DNA of 49,713 nucleotides from an uncultured Bacilli bacterium (GTDB lineage Bacteria; Bacillota_I; Bacilli_A; RF39; UBA660): NCBI GenBank assembly GCA_910585335.1, contig CAJUCU010000004.1, positions 2,828 to 52,540 of the forward strand, read 5' to 3'. Shown piece by piece: positions 46,923 to 49,713 of this stretch (position 1 is its first letter; each line of letters starts with the position of its first letter). The notes under the pieces were generated by a model. It saw only the letters and a program-made list of their open reading frames with translations, ran no database searches and was not told where the DNA came from. The position numbers and the translations under genes were made by a program.

Positions 46923-47519
46923 TTATGTTACTTCTTTTCTATCATCCAATGCTCGCTCTAATGTTAGAGCATCAATGTATTCCATATCAGCACCCATTGG
47001 CACGCCACTAGCAAGTTTGGTAATCTTAATATTTAATCCACTTAGAATTTGCTTAATATAAAGAGAAGTAGTCTCTCCCTCTATACTAGGACGAAAGGCG
47101 AAAATAACTTCTTGAAATTGTCCTGCAGTCAAACGCTCCAACAATTGATTAATACCTATATCCTCTGGATTAATCCCATCTAAAGGAGAAATCAATCCAT
47201 TTAAAACATGATACAATCCTTTATATATACCTAATTTTTCAAATAAAATAATGCTTTTAGGATCTTCCACAATACATAAAGTAGTAGTAACACGATCTTT
47301 ACTAGAACAAATAGTACAAAGCTCTTCTTCAGTCAAAGCATTACAAACCTTACAAGAATGTATCTTCTCCTTCACATCCTTAAGTCCTTCAACAAGTAAG
47401 TCGACTTTTTCTTCATCCAACTCTAAAACAGCAAAAGCAAAACGCTCTGCTGTTTTTTCACCTATCCCCGGTAAATATCTAAACCCTTGAATTAATTCTT
47501 GAAGACTATCTGGATACAT
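46923..47519 (-). CDS. recR: Recombination protein RecR
   Basis: LPGIGEKTAERFAF, the C4 zinc finger CKVCNALTEEELCTIC and a Toprim domain. Confidence 0.95.
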   Translation of the reverse strand: MYPDSLQELIQGFRYLPGIGEKTAERFAFAVLELDEEKVDLLVEGLKDVKEKIHSCKVCNALTEEELCTICSSKDRVTTTLCIVEDPKSIILFEKLGIYKGLYHVLNGLISPLDGINPEDIGINQLLERLTAGQFQEVIFAFRPSIEGETTSLYIKQILSGLNIKITKLASGVPMGADMEYIDALTLERALDDRKEVT

Positions 47520-47521
47520 AT

Positions 47522-47818
47522 TTAAAACAACCCTGACATATTACCAAATTTTCCCATTTTTTGTTCCGTTAAATCATCAACCTGCTTCATCGCACTATTT
47601 AGCGCAACTAACAACATATCCTCTAACATTTCAATATCATCTGAATCTAATTTCATACTCTTATCAAGATCGATTTTTAAAACTTCTTTCTTACCATTGA
47701 CAGTCACTTTAACACCAGAACTTTCTCCTACAAATTCAGTTCCATCAATCTCTTCTTTTGCCTTCATCATCTCTTTCTGTAATGATTGCGCCTGTTTCAT
47801 CATTGCTTGTATATTCAT
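47522..47818 (-). CDS. ebfC: YbaB/EbfC nucleoid-associated protein
   Basis: MMKQAQSLQKEMMKAKEE...G.SGGV.V.V.G. Position between dnaX and recR. Confidence 0.9.
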   Translation of the reverse strand: MNIQAMMKQAQSLQKEMMKAKEEIDGTEFVGESSGVKVTVNGKKEVLKIDLDKSMKLDSDDIEMLEDMLLVALNSAMKQVDDLTEQKMGKFGNMSGLF

Positions 47819-47820
47819 AT

Positions 47821-49539
47821 TTATTCCTCCTCTACAATATCACCAAATAATTTTTCTGCATGATCTAATAATGGATCACGCTTTTTAAAACTTTTCATAA
47901 CAGGTAAAGCTGGTTCATCCAGATATTCGTACCCTTCACCATTTTGTAATTTAGCTATATACTCTTGTTTCTTAGAATTCCATACAGTATCTGTGATAAA
48001 AGCTAATTTCTGCTCAACTCCTGTAATTTTATGAAAAATATTAGACAATTTTTCCATATTCTTAAGATTAGTATCAATCATAGAATCATATTCAAGACTA
48101 ATAACCACAATCTCGTCACTAGCTACACGAAGTGTCCCATCGAGCAATGCACAAACTAAATACCCAATTTCTTGATCAAAAACATACTCATTTAATAAAG
48201 GCATTTTCTCTTTTATTTGAATCAAAATCTCTTTATTTGCCTTACTCAAAGCATTATTAACTCGAATATTCATTATCTCATGGTATTTTTCTAAGAAATC
48301 ACTTTCTATTTTATCATAAGAATCATCATTATCAAAGCTCTCTTTTTTATCTATAGACACCTTTTCCTCTTCTATTACAACTGGATTATGATTGCTTGTA
48401 TCCACAACAGGTTTCTTCTCAACATTAACGTCTTTTGCATCGTTTTGTAGTTTATCGAATTTTTGTTCTATTTTTATTTCCCGGGAAATAATTTGAGGAG
48501 ACAAAATATTCTCATTAATAAATTTTAACACTAAGACTTCTATAAATATTTTGGAATTGGAAGCTCTCCGAACCTCAAAAAGTTTTTCATTTAATAAAAA
48601 CAAAAATTTTTCCAATAAAGTATAATCAAAACTCAATTTATTGTTATTTTTGTAAAAATCTATTATTAAGTTATGTCCATATTGCAATAACATTTCACAA
48701 ACTTGAATAATGTTTTTTCCACAATTATTAAGTGTCTCAATATGATTCAAAAATACATCAATATTACCACTTAGTATTTCTTCTAAAAGCAAACTGATTT
48801 CTTCATCGTCCACTAAATCATTAATTTCTATATAATCTTGCATAGTAATCTTTTTTCCACAAGATGAATAAAGCATATCTAAAGAACTTAGTGAATCTCT
48901 CATACCACCATTAGAAGCTATAGCAATATGTTTCAAAATTTTATCATCCACTTCTATTTCTTCTTGATCACAAATAAAGCGTAATCTATCAACAATATAT
49001 AAATCGCTAATTCGTTTAAAATTAAAGCATTGACAACGAGACTTAATAGTATCAGGAACTTTTTGAGGATCAGTAGTAGCTAATACAAATATCGCATGTT
49101 CTGGTGGTTCCTCTAAAGTTTTCAACAAAGCATTAAATGCTCCAATTGAAAGCATATGAACCTCATCGATAATATAGATTTTGTATTTTAATTGATTGGG
49201 AACCAAATTAATTTTACTTTTTAACTCTCGAATTTCATCTACTCCATTATTAGAAGCTGCATCAATTTCAATAATATCGATACTATCACTCTTCAGCATC
49301 AAGTTACAACTGTTACAATTTTGACAAATCTCTCCAGTCGTATTCTGCTCACAATTAATAGTACGAGCAAAAATTTTTGCAAGAGATGTTTTACCAGTTC
49401 CACGAGGACCAAAAAACATATAAGCATGTGCCACATGATTACTAATAATAGAATTTTTCAATACTCTAACAATTGACTTTTGTCCGACAACATCCTCAAA
49501 TAATAAAGGTCTATATTTTCTATACAACGCTTGATACAT
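47821..49539 (-). CDS. dnaX: DNA polymerase III tau subunit
   Basis: From ATG 49539 (MYQALYRKYRP..F.DVVGQ) behind GGGAGTG. GPRGTGKTS, the zinc module C..C..C and DEVHMLS. Confidence 0.93.
   Translation of the reverse strand: MYQALYRKYRPLLFEDVVGQKSIVRVLKNSIISNHVAHAYMFFGPRGTGKTSLAKIFARTINCEQNTTGEICQNCNSCNLMLKSDSIDIIEIDAASNNGVDEIRELKSKINLVPNQLKYKIYIIDEVHMLSIGAFNALLKTLEEPPEHAIFVLATTDPQKVPDTIKSRCQCFNFKRISDLYIVDRLRFICDQEEIEVDDKILKHIAIASNGGMRDSLSSLDMLYSSCGKKITMQDYIEINDLVDDEEISLLLEEILSGNIDVFLNHIETLNNCGKNIIQVCEMLLQYGHNLIIDFYKNNNKLSFDYTLLEKFLFLLNEKLFEVRRASNSKIFIEVLVLKFINENILSPQIISREIKIEQKFDKLQNDAKDVNVEKKPVVDTSNHNPVVIEEEKVSIDKKESFDNDDSYDKIESDFLEKYHEIMNIRVNNALSKANKEILIQIKEKMPLLNEYVFDQEIGYLVCALLDGTLRVASDEIVVISLEYDSMIDTNLKNMEKLSNIFHKITGVEQKLAFITDTVWNSKKQEYIAKLQNGEGYEYLDEPALPVMKSFKKRDPLLDHAEKLFGDIVEEE
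48474..48494. repeat. Copy A of the 21-nt repeat TTATTTCCCGGGAAATAATTT (18-bp perfect palindrome) inside dnaX
   Basis: Exact match to 49667-49687. It lies in dnaX codons ~349-355 (QIISREIK). Confidence 0.85.
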
Positions 49540-49619
49540 TATATCACTCCCACTATGCAATTTAACAAAAAAAGTATAACACAAAACGTTACTAATCAAA
49601 AGAAATATTAATATTTAAT

Positions 49620-49639
49620 TATGTTTCACGTGGAACATA
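49620..49639. repeat. Near-perfect 20-bp palindrome TATGTTTCAC|GTGGAACATA upstream of dnaX
   Basis: 9 of 10 positions are symmetric, with a CACGTG centre. It lies ~80-100 nt upstream of the dnaX start. Confidence 0.5.
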
Positions 49640-49663
49640 TAAATTATCAATTAAAAAGTGCTC

Positions 49664-49687
49664 AAATTATTTCCCGGGAAATAATTT
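49664..49687. repeat. Copy B: perfect 24-bp palindrome AAATTATTTCCCGGGAAATAATTT upstream of dnaX
   Basis: Contains the same 21-mer as 48474-48494. It could be the terminator hairpin of the gene upstream of the window edge, or an operator. Confidence 0.85.
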
Positions 49688-49713
49688 TCGAACAAATAAA
49701 GTTTCCACATTTA

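Noticed and set aside
893-47888. All plus-strand ORFs in the six-frame track (e.g. 893..1087, 3792..4136, 5523..5885, 14449..14805, 31965..32369, 38459..38812, 47251..47490).
   Set aside because: Each lies antisense inside a long minus-strand gene with a clear family identity. They are low-complexity products typical of AT-rich antisense frames, and I found no SD sequences.
48440-48500. Programmed -1 frameshift producing a gamma-like DnaX at the internal palindrome.
   Set aside because: There is no A-AAA-AAG-type slippery heptamer upstream of the hairpin. Early stops in both alternative frames are expected anyway in AT-rich DNA. It is kept only as something a Western blot could exclude.
49603-49616. 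AT-only palindromes such as AAATATTAATATTT.
   Set aside because: They are frequent by chance in DNA of this composition, and there is no supporting context.
49600-49713. SRP (4.5S/scRNA) gene, which lies upstream of dnaX in Bacillus.
   Set aside because: The 114 nt available show no domain IV motif (..GGUCCGGAAGGAAGCAGC..). Any such gene would lie beyond the window edge.

Overview
AT-rich window from a spore-forming Bacillota genome. I cannot assign it to a species. Every gene I accept is on the minus strand. The backbone is the conserved origin-proximal housekeeping and sporulation cluster known from Bacillus. In transcription order it reads dnaX-ebfC-recR-bofA-holB-yaaT(ricT)-trmN6-rsmI-pth-mfd-(hyp)-spoVT-[T-box]metG-tatD-(3D-domain protein)-...-rsmA-yabG-veg-spoVG-(hyp)-yabP-yabQ-divIC-tilS-ftsH-(hyp)-dusB-(RDD)-lysS-(YfcC-like)-clpC-cysS.

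Two accessory blocks interrupt this backbone.

(1) Main finding. The sporulation protease gene yabG is split into a 5' segment (29087..29401) and a 3' segment (14293..14799) by a 14,335-bp insertion. The insertion is bounded by an identical 8-bp core, TCTCCATC. Removing one core copy plus the insert restores an uninterrupted 257-codon yabG in frame. The insert carries two translationally coupled large serine recombinases and a 42-codon ORF. Its only cargo is a membrane-anchored cohesin-like protein plus a 3202-aa protein with an N-terminal dockerin-like module, 14 Ig-like repeat domains and a ZmpA/B/C (M26)-like HEFEH metalloprotease core. This looks like a skin/SPbeta-type intervening element that would be excised in the mother cell, but with a non-phage cargo.

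(2) A six-gene locus (30337..34398) lies between the 3D-domain gene and rsmA. It encodes a SipW-type signal peptidase, two paralogous TasA-like secreted proteins, a membrane-anchored third paralog and two membrane proteins.

Smaller oddities:
- An exact 21-nt CCCGGG-centred palindrome occurs both upstream of dnaX and inside it.
- Homopolymer tracts sit at the promoter and at the gene junction of the cohesin/protease operon.
- FtsH has a Rho_N/SAP-like C-terminal tail.

I saw no tRNA, rRNA or CRISPR. All calls come from reading the sequence and recalling protein families. No searches were run.
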